A program made the position numbers and the translations under genes. A model generated the notes under the pieces. That model had not been told where the DNA came from and did no database searches. It saw only the letters and a list, made by a program, of their open reading frames with translations. A stretch of 64,000 nucleotides of DNA from the human T2T-CHM13v2.0 reference genome, Homo sapiens: assembly GCF_009914755.1 (NCBI RefSeq), contig NC_060926.1. One strand, written 5' to 3'. Positions 11,901 through 26,000 of the stretch are shown here, in pieces. Within the stretch, counting starts at the first letter, position 1. Each line of letters starts with the position of its first letter.

Positions 11901-14900
11901 CATTTGGAGCGTTCTCAGGACTACGGAGAAAAAGGAAATATCTTCCAAATAAAGCTAGATAGAAGCAATGTCAGAAAATCTTTCATGATGTATCTACTCA
12001 GCTAACAGAGCTGAACCTTTCTTTTGAGAGAGCCGTTTTGAAACACTCTTTTTGTGGAATCTGCAAGTGGATATTTGTATAGCTTTGAGGATTTCGTTGG
12101 AAACGGGATTACATATAAAAAGCAGACAGCAGCATTCCCAGAAACTTCTTTGTGATGTTTGCATTCAAGTCACAGAGTTGAACATTCCCTTTCATAGAGC
12201 AGGTTTGAAACAGTCTTTTTGTAGTATCTGGATGTGGAGATTTGGAGCGCTTTCAGGCCTATGGTGAAAAAGGAAATATCTTCCCCTGAAAACTAGACAG
12301 AAGCATTCTCAGAAACTTATTTGTGATGTGCGCCCTGAACTAACAGTGTTAAACCTTTCTTTTGATAGAGTAGTTTTGAAACACTCTTTTTGTAAACTCT
12401 GCAAGAGGATATTTGGATAGCTTTGAGGATTTCTTTGGAAACGGGATTGTCTTCATATAAACTCTAGACAGTAGCATTCTCAGAAGCTTCATTGGGATGT
12501 TTCAACTGAAGTCACAGTATTGAACAGTCCCTTTCATAGAGCAGGTTTGAAACACTCTTTTTGTAGTATCTGGAAGTGGACATTTGGAGCGCTCTCAGGA
12601 CTACGGTGAAAAAGGAAATATCTTCCAATAAAAGCTAGATAGAAGCAATGTCAGAAAATTTTTCATGATGTATCTACTCAGCTAACAGAGTTGAACCTTT
12701 CTTTTGAGAGAGCAGTTTTGAAACACTCTCTTTGTGGAATCTGCAAGTGGATATTTGTCTAGCTTTGAGGATTTCGTTGGAAACGGGATTACATATAAAA
12801 AGCAGACAGCAGCATTCCCAGAAACTTCTTTGTGATGTTTGCATTCAAGTCACAGAGTTGAACATTCCCTTTCATAGAGCAGGTTTGAAACACTCTTTTT
12901 GTAGTATCTGGATGTGAACATTTGGAGCGCTCTCAGGCCTATGGTGAAAAAGGAAATATCTTCCCCTGCAAACTAGACAGAAGCATTCTCAGAAACTTAT
13001 ATGTGATGTGCGCCCTCAACTAACAATGTTGAACCTTTCTTTTGATACAGTAGTTTTGAAACACTCTTTTTGTAAAATCTGCAAGAGGATATTTGGATAG
13101 CTTTAAGGATTTCGTTGGAAACGGGATTGTCTTCATATAAAATCTAGACAGTAGCATTCTGATAAGCTTCATAGGGATGTTTCAATTGAAGTCACAGTGT
13201 TGAACAGTCACTTTCATAGAGCAGGTTTGAAACACTCTTTTTGTAGCATCTGGAAGTGGACATTTGGAGCGCTCTCAGGACTACGGTGAAAAAGGAAATA
13301 TCTTCCAATAAAAGCTAGATAGAAGAAATGTGAGAAAGTTTTTCATGATGTATCTACTCAGCTAAAAGAGTTGAACCTTTCTTTTGAGAGAGCAGTTTTG
13401 AAACACTCTTTTTGTGGAATCTGCAAGTGGATATTTGTCTAGCTTTGAGGATTTCGTTGGAAACGGGATTACATATAAAAAGCAGACAGCAGCATTCCCA
13501 GAAACTTCTTTGTGATGTTTGCATTCAAGTCACAGAGTTGAACATTCCCTTTCATAGAGCAGGTTTGAAACACTCTTTTTGTAGTATCCGGATGTGGAGA
13601 TTTGGAGCGCTTTCAGGCCTATGGTTAAAAAGGAAATATCTTCCCATGAAAACTAGACAGAAGCATTCTCAGAAACTTATTTGTGATGTGCGCCCTCAAC
13701 TAACAGTATTAAACCATTCTTTTCATGGAGTAGTTTTGAAACACTCTTTTTGTAAAATCTGCAAGAGGATATTTGGATAGCTTTGAAGATTTCGTTGGAA
13801 ACGGGATTGTCTTCATATAAACTCTAGACAGAAGCATTCTCAGAAGCTTCATTGGGATGTTTCAATTGAAGTCACAGTGTTGAACATTCCCTTTCATAGA
13901 GCAGGTTTGAAACACTCTTTTTGTAGTACCTGGAAGTGGATATTTGGAGAGTTCTCAGGAATACGGTGAAAAAGGAAATATCTTCCAATAAAAGCTAGAT
14001 AGAAGCAATGTCAGAAAATTGTTCATGATGTATCTACTCAGATAATAGAGTTGAACTTTTCTTTTGAGAGAGCAGTTTTGAAACACTCTTTTTGTGGAAT
14101 CTGCAAGTGGATATTTGTATAGCTTTGAGGATTTCGTTGGAAACGGGATTACATATAAAAAGCAGACAGCAGCATTCCCAGTAACTTCTTTGTGATGTTT
14201 GCATTCAAGTCACAGAGTTGAACATTCCCTTTCATAGAGCAGGTTTGAAACACTCTTTTTGTAGTATCTGGATTTGGACATTTGCAGCCCTTTCAGGCCT
14301 ATGGTGAAAAAGGAAATAACTTCCACTGAAAACTAGACTGAAGTATTCTCAGAAACTTATTTGTGATGTGCGCCCTCAACTAACAGTGTTGAAGCTTTCT
14401 TTTGATAGAGCAGTTTTGAAATATTCTTTTTGTAAAAACTGCAAGAAGATATTTGGATAGCTTTGAGGATTTCGTTGGAAAAGGGATTGTCTTCATGTTA
14501 ACCCTAGACAGTAGCATTCTCAGAAGCTTCATTGGGATGTTTCAATTGAAGTCACAGTGTTGAACAGTCCCTTTCATAGAGCAGGTTTGAAACACTCTTT
14601 TTGTAGCATCTGGAAGTGGACATTTGGAGCGTTCTCAGGACTACGGTGAAAAAGGAAATATCTTCCAATAAAAGCTAGATAGAAGCAATATCAGAAACTT
14701 TTTCATGATGTATCTACTCAGCTAAAAGAGTTGAACCTTTCTTTTGAGAGAGCAGTTTTGAAACACTTTTTTTGTGGAAACTGCAAGTGGATATTTGTCT
14801 AGCTTTGAGGATTTCGTTGGAAACGGGATTACATATAAAATCAGACAGCAGCATTCCCAGAAAGTTCTTTGTGAAATTTGCATTCAAGTCACAGACTTGA

Positions 14901-17900
14901 ACATTCCCTTTCATAGAGAAGGTTTGAAACACTCTTTTTGTAGTACCTGGATGTGGACATTTGGAGCGCTTTCAGGCCTACGGTGAAAAAGGAAATATCT
15001 TCCCCTGAAAACTAGACAGAAGCATTCTCAGAAACTTATTTGTGATGTGCGCCCTCAACTAACAGTGTTGAACCTTTCTGTTGATAGAGCAGTTTTGAAA
15101 CACTCTTTTTGTAAAATCTGCAAGAGGATATTTGGATAGCTTTGAGGATTTCGTTGGAAACGGGATTGTCTTCATATAGAATCTAGACCGAAGCATTCTC
15201 AGAAGCTTCATTGGGATGTTTCAATTGAAGTCACAGTGTTGAACAGTCCCTTTCATAGAGCAGGTTTGAAACACTCTTTTTGTAGTATCTGGAAGTGGAC
15301 ATTTGGAGCGTTCTGAGGACTACAGTGAAAAAGGAAATATCTTCCAATAAAAGCTAGATAGAAGCAATGTCAGAAAATTTTTCATGATGTATCTACTCAG
15401 CTAACAGAGTTGAACCTTTCTTTTGAGAGAGCAGTTTTGAAACACTCTTTTTGTGGAATCTGCAAGTGGATATTTGTCTAGCTTTGAGGATTGCGATGGA
15501 AACGGGATTACATATAAAAAGCAGACAGCAGCATTCCCAGAAACTTCTTTGTGATATTTGCATTCAAGTCACAGACTTGAACATTCCCTTTCATAGAGCA
15601 GGTTTGAAACACTCTTTTTGTAGTATCTGGATGTGGACATTTGGAGCGCTTTCAGGCCTATGGTGAAAAAGGAAATATCTTCCCCTGAAAACTAGACAGA
15701 AGCATTCTCAGAAACTTATTTGTGATGTGCGCCCTCAACTAACAGTGTTAAACCTTTCTTTTTGTAGAGTAGTTTTGAAACACTCTTTTTGTAAAATCTG
15801 CAAGAGGATATTTGGATGGCTTTGAGGATTTCGTTGGAAACGGGATTGTCTTCATATTAACCCTAGACAGTAGCATTCTCAGAAGCTTCATTGGGATGTT
15901 TCAATTGAAGTCACAGTGTTGAACAGTCCCTTTCATAGAGCAGGTTTGAAACACTCTTTTTGTAGCATCTGGAAGTGGACATTTGGAGCGTTCTCAGGAC
16001 TACGGTGAAAAAGGAAATATCTTCCAATAAAAGCTAGATAGAAGCAATGTCAGAAACTTTTTCATGATGTATCTACTCAGCTAAAAGTGTTGAACCTTTC
16101 TTTTGCGAGAGCAGTTTTGAAACACTATTTTTGTGGAATCTGCAAGTGGATATTTGTCTAGCTTTGAGGATTTCGTTGGAATCGGGATTACATATAAAAA
16201 GCAGACAGCAGCATTCCCAGAAACTTCTTTGTGATGTTTGCATTCAAGTCACAGAGTTGAACATTCCCTTTCATAGAGCAGGTTTGAAACACTCTTTTTG
16301 TAGTATCTGGATGTGGACATTTGGAGCGCTCTCAGGCCTATGGTGAAAAAGGAAATATCTTCCCCTGCAAACTAGACAGAAGCATTCTCAGAAACTTATT
16401 TGTGATGTGCGCCCTCAACTAACAATGTTGAACCTTTCTTTTGATAGAGTAGTTTTGAAACACTCTTTTTGTAAAATCTGCAAGAGGATATTTGGATAGC
16501 TTTGAGGATTTCGTTGGAAACGGGATTGTCTTCATATAAACTCTAGAAAGTAGCATTCTGATAAGCTTCATTGGGATGTTTCAATTGAAGTCACAGTGTT
16601 GAACAGTCCCTTTCATAGAGCAGGTTTGAAACACTCTTTTTGTAGTATCTGGAAGTGGATATTTGGAGAGTTCTCAGGAATACGGTGAAAAAGGAAATAT
16701 CTTCCAATAAAAGCTAGATAGAAGCAATGTCAGAAAATTGTTCATGATGTATCTACTCAGCTAACAGAGTTGAACTTTTCTTTTGAGAGAGCAGTTTTGA
16801 AACACTCTTTTTGTGGAATCTGCAAGTGGATATTTGTCTAGCTTTGAGGATTTCGTTGGAAACGGGATTACATATAAAAAGCAGACAGCAGCATTCCCAG
16901 AAACTTCTTTGTGATGTTTGCATTCAAGTCACAGAGTTGAACATTCCCTTTCATAGAGCAGGTTTGAAACACTCTTTTTGTAGTATCTGGATTTGGACAT
17001 TTGGAGCCCTTTCAGGCCTATGGTGAAAAAGGAAATATCTTCCACTGAAAACTAGACAGAAGTATTCTCAGAAACTTATTTGTGATGTGCGCCCTCAACT
17101 AACAGTGTTGAAGCTTTCTTTTGATAGAGCAGTTTTGAAATATTCTTTTTGTAAAATCTGCAAGAAGATATTTGGATAGCTTTGAGGATTTCGTTGGAAA
17201 CGGGATTGTCTTCATGTTAACCCTAGACAGTAGCATTCTCAGAAGCTTCATTGGGATGTTTCAATTGAAGTCACAGTGTTGAACAGTCCCTTTCATAGAG
17301 CAGGTTTGAAACACTCTTTTTGTAGCATCTGGAAGTGGACATTTGGAGCGTTCTCAGGACTACGGTGAAAAAGGAAATATCTTCCAATAAAAGCTAGATC
17401 GAAGCAATGTCAGAAACTTTTTCATGACATATCTACTCAGCTAAAAGAGTTGAACCTTTCTTTTGCGAGAGCAGTTTTGAAACACTATTTTTGTGGAATC
17501 TGCAAGTGGATATTTGTCTAGCTTTGAGGATTTCGTTGGAAACGGGATTACATATGAAAAGCAGACAGAAGCATTCCCAGAAAGTTCTTTGTGAAATTTG
17601 CATTCAAGTCACAGACTTGAACATTCCCTTTCATAGAGCAGGTTTGAAACACTCTTTTTGTAGTATCTGGATGTGGACATTTGGAGCGCTTTCAGGCCTA
17701 TGGTGAAAAAGGAAATATCTTCACATGAAAACTAGACAGAAGCATTCTCAGAAACTTATTTCTGATGTGCGCCCTCAACTAACAGTGTTGAAGCTTTCTT
17801 TTGATAGAGCAGTTTTGAAACACTCTTTTTGTAAAATCTGCAAGAGGATATTTGGATAGCTTTGAGGATTTCGTTGGAAACGGGATTGTCTTCATATAGA

Positions 17901-20014
17901 ATCTAGACAGAAGCATTCTCACAAGCTTCATTCGGATGTTTCAATTGAAGTCACAGTGTTGAACAGTCCCTTTCATAGAGCATGTTTGAAACACTCTTTT
18001 TGTAGTATCTGGAAGTGGACATTTGGAGCGTTCTCAGGACTACCGTGAAAAAGGAAATATCTTCCAATAAAAGCTAGATAGAAGCAATGTCAGAAAATTT
18101 TTCATGATGTATCTACTCAGCTAACAGAGTTGAACCTTTGTTTTGAGAGAGCAGTTTTGAAACACTCTTTTTGTGTAATCTGCAAGTGGATATTTGTCTA
18201 GTATTGAGGATTGCGTTGGAAACGGGATTACATATAAAAAGCAGACAGCAGCATTCCCAGAAACTTCTTTGCGATATTTGCATTCAAGTCACAGACTTGA
18301 ACATTCCCTTTCATAGAGCAGGTTTGAAACACTCTTTTTGTAGTATGTGGATGTGGACATTTGGAGCGCTTTCAGGCCTATGGTGAAAAAGGAAATATCT
18401 TCCCCTGCAAACTAGATAGAAGCATTCTCAGAAACTTATTTGTGATGTGCGCCCTCAACTAACAGTGTTGAACCTTTCTTTTGATAGAGCAGTTTCGAAA
18501 CATTCTTTTTGTAAAATCTGCAAGAGGATATTTGCATAGCTTTGAGGATTTCGTTGGAAACGGGATTGTCTTCATATAGAATCTAGACAGAATCATTCTC
18601 AGAAGCTTCATTGGGATGTTTCAATTGAAGTCACAGTGTTGAACAGTCCCTTTCATAGAGCAGATTTGAAACACTCTTTTTGTAGTATCTGGAAGTGGAC
18701 ATTTGGAGCGTTCTCAGGACTACAGTGAAAAAGGAAATATCTTCCAATAAAAGCTAGATAGAAGCAATGTCAGAAAATTTTTCATGATGTGTCTACTCAG
18801 CTAACAGAGTTGAACCTTTCTTTTGAGAGAGCAGTTTTGAAACACTCTTTTTGTGGAATCTGCAAGTGGATATTTGTCTAGCTTTGAGGAGTTCGTTGGA
18901 AACGGGATTACATATAAAAAGCAGACAGCAGCATTCCCAGAAACTTCTTTGTGATGTTTGCATTCAAGTCACAGAGTTGAACATTCCCTTTCATAGAGCA
19001 GGTTTGAAACACTCTTTTTGTAGTATCTGGATTTGGACATTTGGAGCCCTTTCAGGCCTATGGTGAAAAAGGAAATATCTTCCACTGAAAACTAGACAGA
19101 AGTAGTCTCAGAAACTTATTTGTGATGTGCGCCCTCAACTAACAGTGTTGAAGCTTTCTTTTGATAGAGCAGTTTTGAAACATTCTTTTTGTAAAATCTG
19201 CAAGAGGATATTTGGATAGCTTTGAGGATTTCGTTGGAAACGGGATTGTCTTCATATTAACCTTAGACAGTAGCATTCTCAGAAGCTTCATTGGGATGTT
19301 TCAATTGAAGTCACAGTGTTGAACAGTCCCTTTCATAGAGCAGGTTTGAAACACACTTTTTGTAGCATCTGGAAGTGGACATTTGGAGCGTTCTCAGGAC
19401 TACGGTGAAAAAGGAAATATCTTCCAATAAAAGCTAGATAGAAGCAATGTCAGAAACTTTTTCATGATGTATCTACTCAGCTAAAAGAGTTGAACCTTTC
19501 TTTTGAGAGAGCAGTTTTGAAACACTCTTTTTGTGGAATCTGCAAGTGGATATTTGTCTAGCTTTGAGGATTGCGTTGGAAACGGGATTACATATAAAAA
19601 AACAGACAGCAGCATTCCCAGAAACTTCTTTGTGATATTTGCATTCAAGTCACAGACTTGAACATTCCCTTCCATAGAGCAGGTTTGAAACACTCTTTTT
19701 GTAGTATCTGGATGTGGACATTTGGAGCGCTTTCAGGCCTATGGTGAAAAAGGTAATATCTTCCCCTGAAAACTAGACAGAAGCATTCTCAGAAACTTAT
19801 TTGTGATGTGCGCCCTCAACTAACAGTGTTAAACCTTTCTTTTGATAGAGTAGTTTTGAAACACTCTTTTTGTAAAATCTGCAAGAGGATATTTGGATAG
19901 CTTTGAGGATTTCGTTGTTAACGGGATTGTCTTCATATAAACTCTAGACAGTAGCATTCTCAGAAGCTTCATTGGGATGTTTCAACTGAAGTCACAGTGT
20001 TGAACAGTCCCTTT

Positions 20015-23000
20015 CATAGAGCAGGTTTGAAACACTCTTTTTGTAGCATCTGGAAGTGGACATTTGGAGCGCTCTCAGGACTACGGTGAAAAAGGAAATA
20101 TCTTCCAATAAAAGCTAGATAGAAGCAATGTCAGAAACTTTTTCATGATGTATCTACTCAGCTAACAGAGTTGAACCTTTCTTTTGAGAGAGCAGTTTTG
20201 AAACACTCTTTTTGTGGAATCTGCAAGTGGATATTTGTCTAGCTTTGAGGATTTCGTTGGAAACGGGATTACATATAAAAAGCAGATAGCAGCATTCCCA
20301 GAAACTTCTTTGTGATGTTTGCATTCAAGTCACAGAGTTGAACATTCCCTTTCATAGAGCAGGTTTGAAACACTCTTTTTGTAGTATCTGGATTTGGAGA
20401 TTTGGAGCGCTTTCAGGCCTATGGTGAAAAAGGACATATCTTCCACTGAAAACTAGACAGAAGTAGTCTCAGAAACTTATTTGTGATGTGCGCCCTCAAC
20501 TAACAGTGTTGAACCTTTCTTTTGATAGAGCAGTTTTGAAACATTCTTTTTGTAAAATCTGCAAGAGGATATTTGGATAGCTTTTAGGATTTCGTTGGAA
20601 ACGGGATTGTCTTCATATTAACCCTAGACAGTAGCATTCTCAGAAGCTTCATTGGGATGTTTCAAGTGAAGTCACAGTGTTGAACAGTCCCCTTCATAGA
20701 GCAGGTTTGAAACACTCTTTTTGTAGCATCTGGAAGTGGACATTTGGAGCGTTCTCAGGACTACGGTGAAAAAGGAAATAACTTCCAATAAAAGCTAGAT
20801 AGAAGCAATGTCAGAAACTTTTTCATGATGTATCTACTCAGCTAAAAGTGTTGAACTTTTCTTTTGAGAGAGCAGTTTTGAAACACTATTTTTGTGGAAT
20901 CTGCAAGTGGATATTTGTCTAGCTTTGAGGATTTCGTTGGAAACGGGATTACATATAAAAAGCAGACAGCAGCATTCCCAGAAAGTTCTTTGTGAAATTT
21001 GCATTCAAGTCACAGACTTGAACATTCCCTTTCATAGAGCAGGTTTGAAACACACTTTTTGTAGTATCTGGATGTGGACATTTGGAGCGCTTTCAGGCCT
21101 ATGGTGAAAAAGGAAATATCTTCCCCTCTAAATTAGACAGAAGCATTCTCAGAAACTTATTTGTGATGTGCGCCCTCAACTAACAGTGTTGAACCTTTCT
21201 TTTGATAGAGCAGTTTTGAAACACTCTTTTGTAAAATCTGCAAGAGGATATTTGGATAGCTTTGAGGATTTCGTTGGAAACGGGATTGTCTTCATATAGA
21301 ATCTAGACAGAAGCATTCTCAGAAGCTTCATTGGGATGTTTCAATTGAAGTCACAGTGTTGAACAGTACCTTTCATAGAGCAGGTTTGAAACACTCTTTT
21401 TGTAGTATCTGGAAGTGGACATTTGGAGCGTTCTCAGGACTACAGTGAAAAAGGAAATGTCTTCCAATAAAAGCTAGATAGAAGCAATGTCAGAAAATTT
21501 TTCATGATGTATCTACTCAGCTAACAGAGTTGAACCTTTCTTTTGAGAGAGCAGTTTGGAAACCCTCTTTTTCTGGAATCTGCAAGTGGATATTTGTCTA
21601 GCTTTGAGGATTGCGTTTGAAACGGGGTTACATATAAAAAGCAGACAGCAGCATTCCCAGAAACTTCTTTGTGATATTTGCATTCAAGTCACATTCTTGA
21701 ACATTCCCTTTCATAGCGCAGGTTTGAAACACTCTTTTTGAAGTATCTGGATGTGGACATTTGGAGCGCTTTCAGGCCTATGGTGAAAAAAGAAATATGT
21801 TCCCCTGAAAACTAGATAGAAGCATTCTCAGAAACTTATTTGTGATGTGCGCCCTCAAGTAACAGTGTTGAAGCTTTCTTTTAATAGAGCAGTTTTGAAA
21901 CACTCTTTTTGTAAAATCTGCAAGAGGATATTTGGATAGCTTTGAGGATTTCGTTGGAAACGGGATTGTCTTCATATTAACCCTAGACAGTAGCATTCTC
22001 AGAAGCTTCATTGGGATGTTTCAATTGAAGTCACAGTGTTGAACAGTCCCTTTCATAGAGCAGGTTTGAAACACTCTTTTTGTAGCATCTGGAAGTGGAC
22101 ATTTGGAGCGTTCTCAGGACTACGGTGAAAAAGGAAATATCTTCCAATAAAAGCTAGATAGAAGCAATGTCAGAAACTTTTTCATGATGTATCTACTCAG
22201 CTAAAAGAGTTGAACCTTTCTTTTGCGAGAGCAGTTTTGAAACACTATTTTTGTGGAATCTGCAAGTGGATATTTGTCTAGCTTTGAGGATTTCGTTGGA
22301 AACGGGATTACATATAAAAAGCAGACAGCAGCATTCCCAGAAACTTCTTTGTGAAATTTGCATTCAAGTCACAGACTTGAACATTCCCTTTCATAGAGCA
22401 GGTTTGAAACACTCTTTTTGTAGTATCTGGATGTGGACATTTGGAGCGCTTTCAGGCCTATGGTGAAAAAGGAAATATCTTCCCCTGAAAACTAGACAGA
22501 AGCATTCCCAGAAACTTATTTGTGATGTGCGCCCTCAACTAACAGTGTTGAACCTTTCTTTTGATAGAGCAGTTTTGAAACACTCTTTTTGTAAAATCTG
22601 CAAGAGGATATTTGGATAGCTTTGAGGATTTCGTTGGAAACGGGATTGTCTTCATATAGAATCTAGACAGAAGCATTCTCAGAAGCTTCATTCGGATGTT
22701 TCAATTGAAGTCACAGTGTTGAACAGTCCCTTTCATAGAGCATGTTTGAAACACTCTTTTTGTAGTATCTGGAAGTGGACATTTGGAGCGTTCTCAGGAC
22801 TACAGTGAAAAAGGAAATATCTTCCAATAAAAGCTAGATAGAAGCAATGTCAGAAAATTTTTCATGATGTATCTACTCAGCTAACAGAGTTGAACCTTTC
22901 TTTTGAGAGAGCAGTTTTGAAACACTCTTTTTGTGTAATCTGCAAGTGGATATTTGTCTAGTTTTGAGGATTGCGTTGGAAACGGGATTACATATAAAAA

Positions 23001-26000
23001 GCAGACAGCAGCATTCCCAGAAACTTCTTTGTGATATTTGCATTCAAGTCACAGACTTGAACATTCCCTTTCATAGAGCAGGTTTGAAACACTCTTTTTG
23101 TAGTATCTGGATGTGGACATTTGGAGCGCTTTCAGGCCTATGTTGAAAAAGGAAATATCTTCCCCTGCAAACTAGATAGAAGCATTCTCAGAAACTTATT
23201 TGTGATGTGCGCCCTCAACTAACAGTGTTGAACCTTTCTTTTGATAGAGCAGTTTCGAAATATTCTTTTTGTAAAATCTGCAAGAGGATATTTGCATAGC
23301 TTTGAGGATTTCGTTGGAAACGGGATTGTCTTCATATAGAATCTAGGCAGAATCATTCTCAGAAGCTTCATTGGGATGTTTCAATTGAAGTCACAGTGTT
23401 GAACAGTCCCTTTCATAGAGCAGATTTGAAACACTCTTTTTGTAGTATCTGGAAGTGGACATTTGGAGCGTTCTCAGGACTACAGTGAAAAAGGAAATAT
23501 CTTCCAATAAAAGCTAGATAGAAGAAATGTCAGAAAATTTTTCATGATGTGTCTACTCAGCTAACAGAGTTGAACCTTTCTTTTGAGAGAGCAGTTTTGA
23601 AACACTCTTTTTGTGGAATCTGCAAGTGGATATTTGTCTAGCTTTGAGGATTGCGTTGGAAACGGGATTACATATAAAAAGCAGACAGCAGCATTCCCAG
23701 AAACTTCTTTGTGATATTTGCATTCCAGTCACAGACTTGAACATTCCCTTCCATAGAGCAGGTTTGAAACACTCTTTTTGTAGCATCTGGAAGTGGACAT
23801 TTGGAGCGCTCTCAGGACTACGGTGAAAAAGGAAATATCTTCCAATAAAAGCTAGATAGAAGCAATGTCAGAAACTTTTTCATGATGTATCTACTCAGCT
23901 AACAGAGTTGAACCTTTCTTTTGAGAGAGCAGTTTTGAAACACTCTTTTTGTGGAATCTGCAAGTGGATATTTGTCTAGCTTTGAGGATTTCGTTGGAAA
24001 CGGGATTACATATAAAAAGCAGATAGCAGCATTCCCAGAAACTTCTTTGTGATGTTTGCATTCAAGTCACAGAGTTGAACATTCCCTTTCATAGAGCAGG
24101 TTTGAAACACTCTTTTTGTAGTATCTGGATTTGGAGATTTGGAGCGCTTTCAGGCCTATGGTGAAAAAGGACATATCTTCCACTGAAAACTAGACAGAAG
24201 TAGTCTCAGAAACTTATTTGTGATGTGCGCCCTCAACTAACAGTGTTGAACCTTTCTTTTGATAGAGCAGTTTTGAAACATTCTTTTTGTAAAATCTGCA
24301 AGAGGATATTTGGATAGCTTTTAGGATTTCGTTGGAAACGGGATTGTCTTCATATTAACCCTAGACAGTAGCATTCTCAGAAGCTTCATTGGGATGTTTC
24401 AAGTGAAGTCACAGTGTTGAACAGTCCCCTTCATAGAGCAGGTTTGAAACACTCTTTTTGTAGCATCTGGAAGTGGACATTTGGAGCGTTCTCAGGACTA
24501 CGGTGAAAAAGGAAATAACTTCCAATAAAAGCTAGATAGAAGCAATGTCAGAAACTTTTTCATGATGTATCTACTCAGCTAAAAGTGTTGAACTTTTCTT
24601 TTGAGAGAGCAGTTTTGAAACACTATTTTTGTGGAATCTGCAAGTGGATATTTGTCTAGCTTTGAGGATTTCGTTGGAAACGGGATTACATATAAAAAGC
24701 AGACAGCAGCATTCCCAGAAAGTTCTTTGTGAAATTTGCATTCAAGTCACAGACTTGAACATTCCCTTTCATAGAGCAGGTTTGAAACACACTTTTTGTA
24801 GTATCTGGATGTGGACATTTGGAGCGCTTTCAGGCCTATGGTGAAAAAGGAAATATCTTCCCCTCTAAATTAGACAGAAGCATTCTCAGAAACTTATTTG
24901 TGATGTGCGCCCTCAACTAACAGTGTTGAACCTTTCTTTTGATAGAGCAGTTTTGAAACACTCTTTTGTAAAATCTGCAAGAGGATATTTGGATAGCTTT
25001 GAGGATTTCGTTGGAAACGGGATTTTCTTCATATAGAATCTAGACAGAAGCATTCTCAGAAGCTTCATTGGGATGTTTCAATTGAAGTCACAGTGTTGAA
25101 CAGTACCTTTCATAGAGCAGGTTTGAAACACTCTTTTTGTAGTATCTGGAAGTGGACATTTGGAGCGTTCTCAGGACTACAGTGAAAAAGGAAATGTCTT
25201 CCAATAAAAGCTAGATAGAAGCAATGTCAGAAAATTTTTCATGATGTATCTACTCAGCTAACAGAGTTGAACCTTTCTTTTGAGAGAGCAGTTTGGAAAC
25301 CCTCTTTTTCTGGAATCTGCAAGTGGATATTTGTCTAGCTTTGAGGATTGCGTTTGAAACGGGGTTACATATAAAAAGCAGACAGCAGCATTCCCAGAAA
25401 CTTCTTTGTGATATTTGCATTCAAGTCACATTCTTGAACATTCCCTTTCATAGCGCAGGTTTGAAACACTCTTTTTGAAGTATCTGGATGTGGACATTTG
25501 GAGCGCTTTCAGGCCTATGGTGAAAAAAGAAATATGTTCCCCTGAAAACTAGATAGAAGCATTCTCAGAAACTTATTTGTGATGTGCGCCCTCAAGTAAC
25601 AGTGTTGAAGCTTTCTTTTGATAGAGCAGTTTTGAAACACTCTTTTTGTAAAATCTGCAAGAGGATATTTGGATAGCTTTGAGGATTTCGTTGGAAACGG
25701 GATTGTCTTCATATTAACCCTAGACAGTAGCATTCTCAGAAGCTTCATTGGGATGTTTCAATTGAAGTCACAGTGTTGAACAGTCCCTTTCATAGAGCAG
25801 GTTTGAAACACTCTTTTTGTAGCATCTGGAAGTGGACATTTGGAGCGTTCTCAGGACTACGGTGAAAAAGGAAATATCTTCCAATAAAAGCTAGATAGAA
25901 GCAATGTCAGAAACTTTTTCATGATGTATCTACTCAGCTAAAAGAGTTGAACCTTTCTTTTGCGAGAGCAGTTTTGAAACACTATTTTTGTGGAATCTGC

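Noticed and set aside
13412-13780. Longest ORF (122 aa)
   Set aside because: A single tga-to-tta substitution at about 13626 lets the same spurious frame read through.
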